The notes: generated from the letters alone by a model not told the origin. DNA of 64,000 nucleotides from Nitrospirota bacterium (GCA_963663225.1 OY760142.1:1019740-1083739), one strand, 5' to 3'; shown: positions 1 through 10,068, counted from the first letter of the stretch. Translations and numbers: made by a program.

Positions 1-2
1 AG

Positions 3-1088
3 AAAGAACTGGTCAGGTTTGCCCTCCTGATGAACAAAGAACCGGCTTTTTTCGTCTCTCTGGGCGGAATCACGGAGGTCCTCGAAAAAGAGGGGATCGT
101 CCATGTTGAACTTCACCGGGTAATGGTTGTTGATAAAAGCGTCAGCGGCGCCCTCAAGGAGGGCAAAAAACAGGCGGCAAAAATTTTTATGGAGGCCGTA
201 GAAACAGTCAAAGAGATGGTGGAAACGGTCCATTTGGACAAAGCAATCAACATGCGGAAGATCAATACGACTGTTCAAACCATGGTTGATGATATTTTGA
301 ACAACCGGGACGCTTTGATGGGTCTGTCCAGCATAAAAATGTATGACGAATATACGTTTGCGCATTCGGTAAACACCGCGATCCTTGCCATATCTCTCGG
401 GTCATTTCTTTCATTCAGCAAAGCGCAGATCGCGGCACTGGGAGTAGCCGGACTTCTGCATGATATCGGCAAAGTGAATGTGCCTCACGAGATTATCAAT
501 AAACCGGACAAGTTAACGGACGAGGAATGGGAGATCGTCAAGCGGCATCCCATCGAAGGGGCGTTGATTCTCTCCCACACCCCGGGAATGACGAAACTCG
601 CCATGGTTGCTGCCTTTGAACATCATCAGCACGGGAATCATAAAGGCTACCCCTGGATTGACGACAGACTGCAACAGCACCCCTTCTCGCATATTATTAC
701 CCTCGCGGACGCCTACGAAGCACTTACCGCTGCACGGGTATATTACAAAGTCCAGATATCGCCGGAGCAGGCAATTCGCATTATAGTAAAAAAGCGGGTC
801 ACTGCCTTCGACCCTACCCTGGTGAAAGCCTTTGTTAATATGATGGGATTGTTTCCTGCGGGCACGCTCGTCAAACTGGACACCGGTGAAATCGGGCTGG
901 TCAGGCATCAGACCCGTGACCTTTTGCGTCCCCGAGTGCTTCTTCTTACCAAATTCGACGGTTCAGAAAAGAAGGACGGCACTGAAGTCAGTCTTCTCGA
1001 AACAGCGGGAGGAAAATACAAGCGTACTATTTCCGGCACTATTGATAATAATGTAGCTAAAATTGACGTAAAACAATATCTTACATAA
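3..1088 (+). CDS. HD-GYP domain protein (putative c-di-GMP phosphodiesterase), 5' end outside the window
   Basis: Motifs HSVN, HDIGK, HP..G, HHQHGNHKGYP, LADAYEAL, FDP. The frame is open back to the window edge; first in-window ATG is at 30. Confidence 0.9.
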   Translation, partial: KELVRFALLMNKEPAFFVSLGGITEVLEKEGIVHVELHRVMVVDKSVSGALKEGKKQAAKIFMEAVETVKEMVETVHLDKAINMRKINTTVQTMVDDILNNRDALMGLSSIKMYDEYTFAHSVNTAILAISLGSFLSFSKAQIAALGVAGLLHDIGKVNVPHEIINKPDKLTDEEWEIVKRHPIEGALILSHTPGMTKLAMVAAFEHHQHGNHKGYPWIDDRLQQHPFSHIITLADAYEALTAARVYYKVQISPEQAIRIIVKKRVTAFDPTLVKAFVNMMGLFPAGTLVKLDTGEIGLVRHQTRDLLRPRVLLLTKFDGSEKKDGTEVSLLETAGGKYKRTISGTIDNNVAKIDVKQYLT

Positions 1089-1353
1089 TGTCAACAGTAA
1101 CGGCGCGTGGCGTATAAGGAATGTCTGCCGGCCATATCTCTCTCCGATATAACCTGCAAACCCTGCGCGCATTATCATTGCCGCACTTCAAATAAAATCT
1201 CTGTACTCTTTGCCGTCTAACCGAGTTCCCGCCATGCACTTCCCGGAAGTCTCCCCATTTTTTTAATGGAAAAAGCTCAATTAATATTGTCAGCAAGTTT
1301 TTTTTCCTATACAATATGCATGAAACATCACTTTTTTATAATTTGGAGTATGT

Positions 1354-2163
1354 ATGTGTGAATTCTGCACACACCATGGTGAAGGAAAAATCTGGTACAA
1401 AAATGCCGCAAATTATTCCCACGATCTGCTGTCGGATATCCGTCGCCGGCAGTATATTGAAAATTTTCTAACAACCACATTCGCGGAAGGGTTTCAAACA
1501 CTGGGCAGGCTGGAAACAATCTACCAAAAAAGAGGGAAACTTCCGGAAACTGTGGCAAAAGCCCTCGTTGCAAAAGCGAAGGTTGAACATTTCGGCCAGG
1601 TTTTGCCCATTGAGGAAATCAGCACGGTGGTAAAACAGGCCTTGACTGTTGTACGCATGCCTTGCGCCTGCCGCTGGAGCATGGAAAAAAAAGAAACCCG
1701 GTGCTGCTATGCCATCAGTTACGGCCCCGACCCCTGGTACAATGGTATTGATATGGCCTCCTTTGGAAAAGCCTCTTCCGAGGGCCTTGAACAACTTTCT
1801 TCGGATGAGGCCGTGGCCCAGATGAAAGAAATGGAAGCACAGGGAGCAGTTCATACCATCTGGACGATGATGACCCCCTTCATCGGTGCAATTTGCAACT
1901 GTTCTCCCCGCGAATGCCTTGCTTTGAAAACCCTGGCGCAGATTGGAGTAGAGACCATGCAACGCGCCGAGCACATTGCCAGCGTAAATGAAACGCTCTG
2001 CACAGGATGCGGTCTTTGCGCCTCTGAATGTCATTTTAAAGCAATTACAGGCACTTTTCGGAGCGGAAAATTTCTAGCTCGCATTGATTCGCACAGCTGC
2101 TTCGGATGCGGTTTATGCCGCAGGGCATGCAGCACAAATGCCATCAGTCTGGTTCTGCGATAA
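1354..2163 (+). CDS. 4Fe-4S dicluster-domain protein with extra Cys-rich N-terminal and central motifs
   Basis: C-terminal CTGCGLCASEC and CFGCGLCRRAC; also CEFC, CACR..CC, CNC...C. Confidence 0.85.
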   Translation: MCEFCTHHGEGKIWYKNAANYSHDLLSDIRRRQYIENFLTTTFAEGFQTLGRLETIYQKRGKLPETVAKALVAKAKVEHFGQVLPIEEISTVVKQALTVVRMPCACRWSMEKKETRCCYAISYGPDPWYNGIDMASFGKASSEGLEQLSSDEAVAQMKEMEAQGAVHTIWTMMTPFIGAICNCSPRECLALKTLAQIGVETMQRAEHIASVNETLCTGCGLCASECHFKAITGTFRSGKFLARIDSHSCFGCGLCRRACSTNAISLVLR

Positions 2164-2252
2164 AGAATGCTTTACGGGATATCACGAAATCTATGCGGTA
2201 AGCAGTGTCAGCTTACTCTAAAACGCGAAGCATGGTAAGACTATAAATCATT

Positions 2253-3011
2253 ATGGATTCCGGCAAAATCACAGCCCCCCGAAAAACTGACAGAAACAGC
2301 AAGTTTCTGCTGCTTGTAGACAGCGATGCATATAATCTTAACTACCTGTCCATTATTCTCCAGCGGCTGGGCTACCAGATCTGCACCGCTGCAAATGCCA
2401 AGGAAGCTCTTGCCATATCCGCTGTGTCCAGTCCGTCCCTCATTATCACTGCCTTGGACCTTCCTGATATGACCGGCCTTGAGTTCATTCGTAAAGTGCG
2501 TCAGACCCCTGATATTGCTTCTGTTTTTGTCATTGTATTGCAGAAACAGATTGATTTACAGATGGAAAAACGCTGCCGTGAATTGCACGTTGCAGAGTCT
2601 CTTCCGTTGCCGGTCAACATAGACAGGCTGTATCGTACCATTCAGACAGCTCTTGAAGCAACACCCCGCAGCACCATTCGCATTAAGACCCTTTTGCCTG
2701 TAACAGTGAACAACCTGCCGTTCAACGGGCTGGGAGGAGCATCTGCGGCAATACTCTCGGAACGCGGCATTTTTTTACCGACGACACGACCTGTCCCCAT
2801 TGACACGCGACTCGTTCTTCAGCTACAATTAGACAATAATCTTGTCACTACAGAAGCGGTTGTTCTCTACAGCAACCATGTCATTGGAAATCCTTCCGAA
2901 GAACTCGGCATGGGCCTTGAGTTCCGCAGGATTTCACCCGCAGACAGAGAGATTATTCGGCAGTTTATTCTGAGCGAGATTACGCGAGGCATTGAATATT
3001 TATCCGATTAG
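2253..3011 (+). CDS. Pseudo-receiver + PilZ domain protein (paralog 1)
   Basis: REC-like N-terminus (LLVDSD; LIITALDLP with Ala at the phospho-Asp position); PilZ RSTIR and xLSERG motifs. Confidence 0.85.
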   Translation: MDSGKITAPRKTDRNSKFLLLVDSDAYNLNYLSIILQRLGYQICTAANAKEALAISAVSSPSLIITALDLPDMTGLEFIRKVRQTPDIASVFVIVLQKQIDLQMEKRCRELHVAESLPLPVNIDRLYRTIQTALEATPRSTIRIKTLLPVTVNNLPFNGLGGASAAILSERGIFLPTTRPVPIDTRLVLQLQLDNNLVTTEAVVLYSNHVIGNPSEELGMGLEFRRISPADREIIRQFILSEITRGIEYLSD

Positions 3012-3108
3012 CAGCAAAGATTAATTAGTCAGAATACCCGGTTAAAAAGCAGCTGTCTTGCTGTATTTTTTCGTTGTTTCTGCTGTAGGGTTTTCTAGGA
3101 GGAAAGGC

Positions 3109-3870
3109 ATGCATGAGAATGTAACACATGCAGAATGGAACAAATCTGATCGAAAAGGCCGTTTTCTTCTGGTTGTAGACAGCGACGTAGACCACCTTTG
3201 TTTCGTTTCCGCGCTGCTCCAGCGTTTTGCGTACAAGACGCTTACGGCCTCCACAGTGAAAGAAGCCCTCACCATGACAGCGGTTGCAGTCCCGTCTCTT
3301 GTGATAATAGCAACGGACCCTGCGGACGAAAACGGCCTCGCTTTTATGAAGCAGCTCATGCAGAGCCCCAGTACGACGGACGTACCCCTTATCGCCCTGA
3401 GAACTCAAGAAGACCTGATCGGCGAAAAACAATGTCTACAGCAGGGAATTCAAAAGTGTTTGACAAAGCCGATTTCACCTGAGCAATTATATCAAGCCGT
3501 TCAAGCGACAATAGAGACCACCCCGCGGTCCCATATTCGCATCAGAACGCTGCTCCCCATTCACTCAACGGATTCGTCTTACGACTGTTTTGATAACGCG
3601 TGCACTACTGATTTATCAGAAGGCGGAATGTTTGTGCGGACCCATAAGCCTGCCAGTGTACATACCCAGCTGACATGCCAGTTTTATCTGTACGACAAAA
3701 AGATACAAGTGCTTGCAATTGTCCTCTACAGCAACCGGACCGGCAGAGGCATGTACCGCGAGCCGGGGATGGGACTTCAGTTCGCCCAAATTGCATCCCA
3801 CGACCAGGACCTTATCCGACGCTTTGTCAGAAACGAGGTTGTCAGAGGGATACCACCGGTAGATGCATGA
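3109..3870 (+). CDS. Pseudo-receiver + PilZ domain protein (paralog 2)
   Basis: AGGAGG before ATG 3109; REC-like (LVVDSD, LVIIATDP, TKP); PilZ RSHIR and DLSEGG. Confidence 0.85.
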   Translation: MHENVTHAEWNKSDRKGRFLLVVDSDVDHLCFVSALLQRFAYKTLTASTVKEALTMTAVAVPSLVIIATDPADENGLAFMKQLMQSPSTTDVPLIALRTQEDLIGEKQCLQQGIQKCLTKPISPEQLYQAVQATIETTPRSHIRIRTLLPIHSTDSSYDCFDNACTTDLSEGGMFVRTHKPASVHTQLTCQFYLYDKKIQVLAIVLYSNRTGRGMYREPGMGLQFAQIASHDQDLIRRFVRNEVVRGIPPVDA

Positions 3871-3972
3871 GAAAAAGCCGATTATGATATTTTCCGTTTC
3901 CACTGTTTTTTCGGAAGCCTGTTCAAACAAGCTGCTGCATGCGCCGGTAATAACGGCAACTCTGAGGCTGCT

Positions 3973-4740
3973 ATGAGCCTGATGGAGCACAAAATAGCCG
4001 CCTCACTCAGCAGACAAAATCGCAGAAGCCGCTTCATGTTGGTTGTCGACGGCGACCCGAACAGCCTCGCCTATACGTCCCTGCTCCTTCATCGTTTTAA
4101 TTATCAAATTTTCAAAGCCTCAACTGCCGAAGAAGCGCTTCAGATGGCGTCCGTGGCACTTCCTGCGCTTATTATTATCGCTCTTCCGCCCAAGGGAATG
4201 AGCGGTTTTGACTTTATGCAGCAACTCAGAGACTATCCGCCCACGGCCACACTTCCTGTCATCGCCATAAGTGAGCAGGATGACGTGGCTGTAAAACAGC
4301 GTTGCTTCGAGCTGGGAGCTGTAGAATGCCTTTGTCGCCCCATTGCACCAGAACTGCTTTATCGTGCTGTTCAGGTGGCGGCAGAAAAAACGCCCCGGAC
4401 GAGCATGAGGATCAGGACGACCCAGCCGGTAAAAGTTACCAATATGCCGCTCGAGGATTTTGAAGGAGCGTATGCTCTGGAACTGTCTGAACGAGGCCTG
4501 TTCCTGCGTACAACACGGAATGCCGTCCGGAACCTACGGCTCTCGCTCCAGGTTGACCTGAACGGCCACCGCGTCCTCACAGAGGCAGCAGTGGTGTATA
4601 ACTGTCCGGCCCGGACCGGCCCTTACAGCGAACCGGGAGTAGGGCTTCAGTTTGTCGAAATCAGCGAAACAGACCAGGAGCATATCAGATCGTTTATCAT
4701 GAACGAAGTATTGCGGGGCATTCCGCCCCAAGACCCCTGA
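3973..4740 (+). CDS. Pseudo-receiver + PilZ domain protein (paralog 3)
   Basis: REC-like (LVVDGD, LIIIALPP); PilZ RTSMR and ELSERG. Confidence 0.85.
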   Translation: MSLMEHKIAASLSRQNRRSRFMLVVDGDPNSLAYTSLLLHRFNYQIFKASTAEEALQMASVALPALIIIALPPKGMSGFDFMQQLRDYPPTATLPVIAISEQDDVAVKQRCFELGAVECLCRPIAPELLYRAVQVAAEKTPRTSMRIRTTQPVKVTNMPLEDFEGAYALELSERGLFLRTTRNAVRNLRLSLQVDLNGHRVLTEAAVVYNCPARTGPYSEPGVGLQFVEISETDQEHIRSFIMNEVLRGIPPQDP

Positions 4741-4951
4741 GCTCCGGTTCTACTTCATAGTTCCTGCCTCCTCGCAAACATCCAGACCCCTTCCCTGCAG
4801 CAACTGTAATACCGCTATTTTGATGTTTCTTTTCCCGGACTTTGGTGATAATATAACAGGTTATAAAAATCATACCTTAGTTCGCTCTATAATTTTTTCT
4901 CCGGGGATGGTATTTCCTATGCGTCTGGGCTTTTTCAAGGAACCCGGCATT

Positions 4952-6220
4952 ATGCTTGCCGAAAAATTCATCACGTATGTTACCCGAAAAAAGAACGCTG
5001 AATGTCTGCAATTTACGCCGACGACTTCACTTGCGGTTCCACAACGGTCTAAAAATATTCCGGCTGGCCTGTATCTTCATGTGCCTTTTTGCGAGGAACT
5101 TTGTCCGTATTGCTCCTTCAACCGCGTAGAGTTTCAGGAAGACTTAACGCGGCGCTATTTTGATGCCTTGCGCAAGGAGATCATTCTCTATAAAAAATTA
5201 GGGCACGATTTTCAAGCACTGTATATCGGCGGAGGGACCCCCACGGTTTTAATAGACGAGCTTGAGTCCACGATCAGATTGGTGAAGGAACAGTTCCATA
5301 TCACTGAGATTTCCGTCGAGACAAATCCCAATCACCTCACCAGGACGAACCTCCTTATCCTTAAAAACGCCGGCGTGAACAGGCTTTCCGTCGGGGTACA
5401 AACGTTTGATGACGATTTGCTGCAGTCCTTGAAACGCTATCATAAGTATGGAAGCGGTGCGGAAGTTGCTGAACGCCTGAAACAGACCCAGGGCATTTTT
5501 CATACCTTGAATGTGGACATGATATTTAATTTCCCCACGCAGACCAGGCAGATGCTGGAGCAGGACCTGGTCACTATAAACAATCTCGGTGTCGACCAAA
5601 TAACCTATTATCCGTTAATGTCGTCTCTGCAAACGCAGGAAACAATGTCCCGCGAGCTGGGAGGGACTATCGATTCTACCCGCGCACGCGAATTTTATAC
5701 CGTGATCTCGGAAGGACTTGCGTCCCACTATGGTGCAAGCACTGCCTGGTGTTTTTCACGTCATGATGCTCTCATCGATGAATACGCCGTGCACTTTGAT
5801 GAATATGCCGGTCTTGGCAGCGGGTCCATCGGCCACCTGGGAAGAACCGCGTATGCAAATACGTTCGACATCGAAACATATATCGCGAAAGTGAACGACG
5901 GGATTTTACCCATAGCGGCGAAGCGGGATTTTTCCCTGCGAGAGAGGATTTCCTACGATTTTCTCATGAAGCTCTTCGGATTGAGCGTGGATATAAATCT
6001 GCTGAACGCAAAACACGGGGTAAACATCTACCGGTATCTCTGGCCTGAAATCATGTTCTTCAGGCTGATAAACGGACTGCAGAAGAAAGGCAGCAAGCTC
6101 TCGCTTACCAAAAACGGACGGTATTACTGGTTTTTGATGATGCGCGAATTTTTTATCGGAGTAAACAATTTCAGGGATTACTGCCGTGCGCAGGCACATG
6201 GCGGCAGAGAGGCAGTGTAG
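4952..6220 (+). CDS. menK: HemN-like class C radical SAM enzyme, probable MenK/MqnK-type menaquinone methyltransferase
   Basis: CEELCPYC, YIGGGTP, ETNP, LSVGVQTF. QITYYPLM fits the QxTxYPLM motif I recall for MenK/MqnK. Start chosen at ATG 4952 after AAGGA. Confidence 0.65.
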   Translation: MLAEKFITYVTRKKNAECLQFTPTTSLAVPQRSKNIPAGLYLHVPFCEELCPYCSFNRVEFQEDLTRRYFDALRKEIILYKKLGHDFQALYIGGGTPTVLIDELESTIRLVKEQFHITEISVETNPNHLTRTNLLILKNAGVNRLSVGVQTFDDDLLQSLKRYHKYGSGAEVAERLKQTQGIFHTLNVDMIFNFPTQTRQMLEQDLVTINNLGVDQITYYPLMSSLQTQETMSRELGGTIDSTRAREFYTVISEGLASHYGASTAWCFSRHDALIDEYAVHFDEYAGLGSGSIGHLGRTAYANTFDIETYIAKVNDGILPIAAKRDFSLRERISYDFLMKLFGLSVDINLLNAKHGVNIYRYLWPEIMFFRLINGLQKKGSKLSLTKNGRYYWFLMMREFFIGVNNFRDYCRAQAHGGREAV

Positions 6221-6265
6221 CACTTCGTCTCTGCTTTCGGTTGGTTTTTGCGCTCCGAGAACCTT

Positions 6266-6751
6266 CTATTTTGCAAATTTCTTTTTGAGGCGCTCCGCAA
6301 CAAGCTCCGGAACAAGCGTGGAAATATCGCCGCCGAAACTCGCAACTTCCTTCACAATGGTCGAGGTAATAAAGGAATACGCCTCGTTCGGCATCATAAA
6401 AACAGCTTCAACCGTATTGCAAAGCCTGCGGTTTGTAAGCGCCATCTGCATCTCAAATTCAAAATCAGAAATCGCCCGAAGTCCACGGATAATTGCCGAT
6501 GCCTTCTTGCGCCTTACATAATCAATAAGGAGGCCGTCGAAGCCTTCAATAGTAATATTCCGGTAGCCCGCCGTTATCTCCTTGAACATGCCGACGCGTT
6601 CCTCAAGAGAAAAAAGCGGATTTTTTTTTGGATTCGCCGCAACTGCAATAATCAGCTCACCAAAAATCCTGAGGCTCCGTTCCACAAGGTCAAGGTGCCC
6701 ATTGGTAACAGGATCGAATGTACCGGCATAAACAGCGATAGGTCTTATCAT
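6266..6751 (-). CDS. coaD: Phosphopantetheine adenylyltransferase
   Basis: YAGTFDPVTNGH, IRGLRAISDFEFE, TSTIVKEVA; SD GGGAG before ATG 6751. Confidence 0.97.
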   Translation of the reverse strand: MIRPIAVYAGTFDPVTNGHLDLVERSLRIFGELIIAVAANPKKNPLFSLEERVGMFKEITAGYRNITIEGFDGLLIDYVRRKKASAIIRGLRAISDFEFEMQMALTNRRLCNTVEAVFMMPNEAYSFITSTIVKEVASFGGDISTLVPELVAERLKKKFAK

Positions 6752-6801
6752 GGATTCTCCCTTTGCTTGATCAAGCATGTTGTGTGTTTTCATCGTAATT
6801 T

Positions 6802-7338
6802 TTACTTCATCTCGTAAAAAGCCAGCACCGTATCCCCGTATCGCGACTCGCGACTCAGGGTCAGCCCGGCAACTTTTTCCGGAGATGCTTGTTTCTTGAA
6901 ATGTTCCGCAACAACAACGGCACCGGGACTCAGTGCTCCTGCCCCAAATAATTCGAGCACGGAGGCAATATCTTCCGCATACGGCGGGTCGAGAAACACT
7001 ATGTCATAGGATTCGGTCGTTTTTTTAAGAAATGACTCCGCTTTCGACAGCACGACCTGTGCCCGGTCCTCAAACTCCAGCTGCTGCAGGTTCCGCTTGA
7101 TGACATGCAAAGACTCACGGGAGACGTCCACAAAGGTCACCTTGCCTGCACCTCGGCTGAGCGCCTCAATGCCGATCCCGCCGGCACCTGCATACAGATC
7201 TAAAAAAATCGCACCGGGGACCTTGTCTCCCAGGATGTTAAAAAGTGCCTGCTTTACCTTGTCGGACGTGGGCCGGACCCGCAATCCTGAAGGCACTTGT
7301 AACCGGCGTCCTTTCCCTGCCCCCCCTGCCACTCTCAT
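6802..7338 (-). CDS. rsmD: 16S rRNA m2G966 methyltransferase
   Basis: MRVAGG..KGRRL, RPTSDKVKQALF, LDLYAGAGGIGIEALSRGA, FLDPPY, YGDT; adjacent to coaD. Confidence 0.95.
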   Translation of the reverse strand: MRVAGGAGKGRRLQVPSGLRVRPTSDKVKQALFNILGDKVPGAIFLDLYAGAGGIGIEALSRGAGKVTFVDVSRESLHVIKRNLQQLEFEDRAQVVLSKAESFLKKTTESYDIVFLDPPYAEDIASVLELFGAGALSPGAVVVAEHFKKQASPEKVAGLTLSRESRYGDTVLAFYEMK

Positions 7339-7533
7339 AAAAATTTTCCCGAAACGGTTGCGGTGCCGCTTCTCTTCACCAACAACGCATTTTTTCGAGA
7401 AGCGCCGCACTTATGCGAAACATTCTGGTGCAATACCGGTCTGACTCCTGAATTTTCCTGCATGCAAATGGTCTCGAAAACAGTGAACTTTTAGACGATG
7501 CTACAGAAAAAAAACTGCTGAGTCAAGCGATTC

Positions 7534-7562
7534 TTGACAGCCCCTGCTATTAAGGATATACT
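7534..7562 (+). promoter_or_regulatory. Sigma70-type promoter of nfeD-SPFH
   Basis: TTGACA (7534-7539), 17 nt spacer, TATACT (7557-7562); SD AGGAG and ATG 7583 follow. Confidence 0.8.
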
Positions 7563-7582
7563 TGTTTTGTCAAGGAGAAATA

Positions 7583-8923
7583 ATGAAAAAACCTTTCAAA
7601 GCCTTGCTGTTTGTCGCTTTTATCGCCATGCTTTTTGCCGGTGCCGTCGGAATCTCATACTCCATTGAAAAAGCTGAAACAAAAAAAGATGCATCCGCTG
7701 CACCGGCCCAGCAGAAAACAATATACCTGATCAAGATAGACGCACCGATCACGCCGGTGGTGGCGGAATACATCGGGTCCTCCATTGACACCGCCGCCAA
7801 GGCAAAAGCCGAGGCTCTCATCATTCAGCTGAACACTCCGGGAGGGCTTGTCGACTCCACCCTCCAGATCATCATCAAAATGATGGCGTCCGAAGTTCCC
7901 ATCGTGGTGTATGTCGCACCTTCCGGTGCGCGGGCAGCATCGGCAGGTGTTTTTATCACGCTCTCGGCAAACATAGCAGCCATGGCTCCGACCACGCACA
8001 TCGGCGCAGCACACCCGGTACAGGTGGAAGGGAAAATGGACAAAACCATGGAGAAAAAGGCGGTAAACGACCTTGCGGCCATGGTGCGGGGCATTGCTGA
8101 AAAACGTGGACGAAACGCAAAATGGGCGGAAGAAGCCGTGCGGGAAAGCGTGTCCATAACAGAAACGGAAGCTATCAAGGATAAGGTGGTGGACCTGATT
8201 GCGCCCGACATCCCTTCACTTGTTAAAGCTATCAATGGAAAGACCGTTGACGTGGCCCTTGGCAAAAAGACGCTGGCGACTGAAGGCGCGGAAGTAAAAG
8301 AAATTACGATGGGTTTCCGATACCGCCTTCTGGAAATTATCAGCAATCCTAATATCGCCTATATTCTCATGATCCTCGGTTTCTACGGCCTTTATTTCGA
8401 GCTATCCAACCCCGGTTCTGTTTTCCCCGGAGTGGCGGGTGCCATCTGCCTGATTCTTGCCTTCTATGCCCTGCACACGCTTCCCATTAATTACGCCGGC
8501 CTTATGCTCATTATTCTCGGCATCGGATTGTTCATTGCGGAGGCCTTCATAACAAGCCATGGCGTTCTGGGAGTCGGAGGTGTCATTTCCATGCTCTTTG
8601 GATCAATTATGCTCATCGATTCCGCATCACCCGCTCTTCAGATATCCTGGGCGGTCATCATTCCCGCCGTGATCGTGTCTGCCGTGCTGTTCATCATCAC
8701 GGTTACCGTTGCCGTGCGCGTGTACCGGGAAAAACCGGACACCGGCAAAGAAGGGCTTATTGATATGCAGGCAACGGCAAAAACCGACATCCATGCGGAC
8801 GGACAGGTGTTCCTGCGGGGGGAATACTGGAGCGCATGGAGCGACGAGCCGATCCGGCAGGGAGAAAAAGTCACCGTCGTGGCCCTCGAAGGACTGAAGT
8901 TAAAAGTAAAAAAGAGCGCATAG
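7583..8923 (+). CDS. nfeD: NfeD family membrane-bound serine protease (long form, ClpP-like domain)
   Basis: LNTPGG, AASAG, APTTHIGAAHPV, TM bundle, C-terminal OB-like GQVFLRGEYWSA. Confidence 0.93.
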   Translation: MKKPFKALLFVAFIAMLFAGAVGISYSIEKAETKKDASAAPAQQKTIYLIKIDAPITPVVAEYIGSSIDTAAKAKAEALIIQLNTPGGLVDSTLQIIIKMMASEVPIVVYVAPSGARAASAGVFITLSANIAAMAPTTHIGAAHPVQVEGKMDKTMEKKAVNDLAAMVRGIAEKRGRNAKWAEEAVRESVSITETEAIKDKVVDLIAPDIPSLVKAINGKTVDVALGKKTLATEGAEVKEITMGFRYRLLEIISNPNIAYILMILGFYGLYFELSNPGSVFPGVAGAICLILAFYALHTLPINYAGLMLIILGIGLFIAEAFITSHGVLGVGGVISMLFGSIMLIDSASPALQISWAVIIPAVIVSAVLFIITVTVAVRVYREKPDTGKEGLIDMQATAKTDIHADGQVFLRGEYWSAWSDEPIRQGEKVTVVALEGLKLKVKKSA

Positions 8924-8968
8924 CAGCAATCGTTCAATCAATCGGAAAAACGCTAAAGGAGGCTTCGT

Positions 8969-9742
8969 ATGTTTCAGTTTGTAGGGATGGGTTTTTTATT
9001 TCTGATAATACTCTTCGTCATGGTTCTGTACAACATTGTAAAAATCCTGAAGCAATACGAACGGGGAGTCATTTTTACGCTCGGCAAAGTGAGCGTAGAA
9101 CACGGCGTAAAGGGTCCGGGGCTTATTCTTCTGTGGCCGGGAATACAAAAAATGGTGCGTGTCAGCCTGCGGACCGTGACCATGGATGTGCCGGCCCAGG
9201 ACGTGATCACGAAAGACAATGTCACCGTAAAAGTGAATGCCGTGGTTTACTTCAGAGTCATCGATCCGCGCAAGGCAATCGTCGAAGTGGAGGATTTTTA
9301 TTACGCGACCTCGCTCATCTCGCAAACGTCGCTCAGAAGCGTGCTGGGCCAGAACGCCCTGGACGACCTCCTCTCAAACCGCGAGGCAATAAACGCAGAG
9401 CTCCAGAAGGTGATTGATCTGCAGACAGAGCCGTGGGGCGTGAAGGTAACAACCGTGGAAGTGAAAAACGTGGATCTGCCGGCGGAAATGCAGCGCGCCA
9501 TCGCCATTCAGGCTCAGGCAGAACGCGAACGCCGCGCGAAGGTCATCCACGCCGAAGGCGAACTCCAGGCCTCTTCCAAACTCTCCGATGCTGCCAACGT
9601 AATCAGCCAGAACCCCACGACCCTGCAACTTCGGTATCTGCAGACCCTTACTGAAATTGCTTCAGAGAAAAATTCAACCATTATTTTCCCGCTGCCTATT
9701 GATCTTATTACCGCATTTCAAAAGCTGCTCGAAAAGAAATAA
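8969..9742 (+). CDS. SPFH/stomatin (band 7) protein
   Basis: [55 protein letters not shown]; follows nfeD. Confidence 0.95.
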   Translation: MFQFVGMGFLFLIILFVMVLYNIVKILKQYERGVIFTLGKVSVEHGVKGPGLILLWPGIQKMVRVSLRTVTMDVPAQDVITKDNVTVKVNAVVYFRVIDPRKAIVEVEDFYYATSLISQTSLRSVLGQNALDDLLSNREAINAELQKVIDLQTEPWGVKVTTVEVKNVDLPAEMQRAIAIQAQAERERRAKVIHAEGELQASSKLSDAANVISQNPTTLQLRYLQTLTEIASEKNSTIIFPLPIDLITAFQKLLEKK

Positions 9743-9780
9743 AGTCAGGAGCGCAGGCGCTTCTTCCCGCGAACGCAAAT

Positions 9781-9813
9781 AAAAAAAGGGGACCGGATCA
9801 TCCGGTCCCCTTT
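9781..9813. terminator. Probable bidirectional intrinsic terminator
   Basis: AAAGGGGACCGGAT-C-ATCCGGTCCCCTTT inverted repeat with a flanking A7 run, between convergent genes. Confidence 0.85.
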
Positions 9814-9834
9814 GCAATGAGTTTTCCTCCAGGC

Positions 9835-10020
9835 TTATTCTTCAGTGATTGTAATGGCCTTCTGCGGGCAGCCCTCAACGCAGGCTTCGCAGTTGATGCA
9901 GTCAGCCATATTCACTGGAACAGCCTTGTTATTTTTGACTTCGAACACGTTCTGCGGGCACACATCCGCGCAGACGCCGTCGCCGTCGCACTTCCCATTG
10001 TCTACTGTTACCTTGTACAT
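9835..10020 (-). CDS. Small dicluster-type ferredoxin
   Basis: CDGDGVCADVCP and CINCEACVEGCP; SD AGGAGG before ATG 10020. Confidence 0.92.
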   Translation of the reverse strand: MYKVTVDNGKCDGDGVCADVCPQNVFEVKNNKAVPVNMADCINCEACVEGCPQKAITITEE

Positions 10021-10068
10021 TGTTTCTGGTTCCTCCTTTAAATATAGTAAGATGCCAAAAAGCATCGT

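Noticed and set aside
963-1235. Possible selenoprotein by read-through of an in-frame TGA at 1188-1190 (MAGTRLDGKEYRDFI*SAAMIMRAG...)
   Set aside because: The frame overlaps the HD-GYP gene by about 125 nt on the opposite strand, there is no redox motif around the TGA, and the SECIS-like hairpin is only 3 bp.
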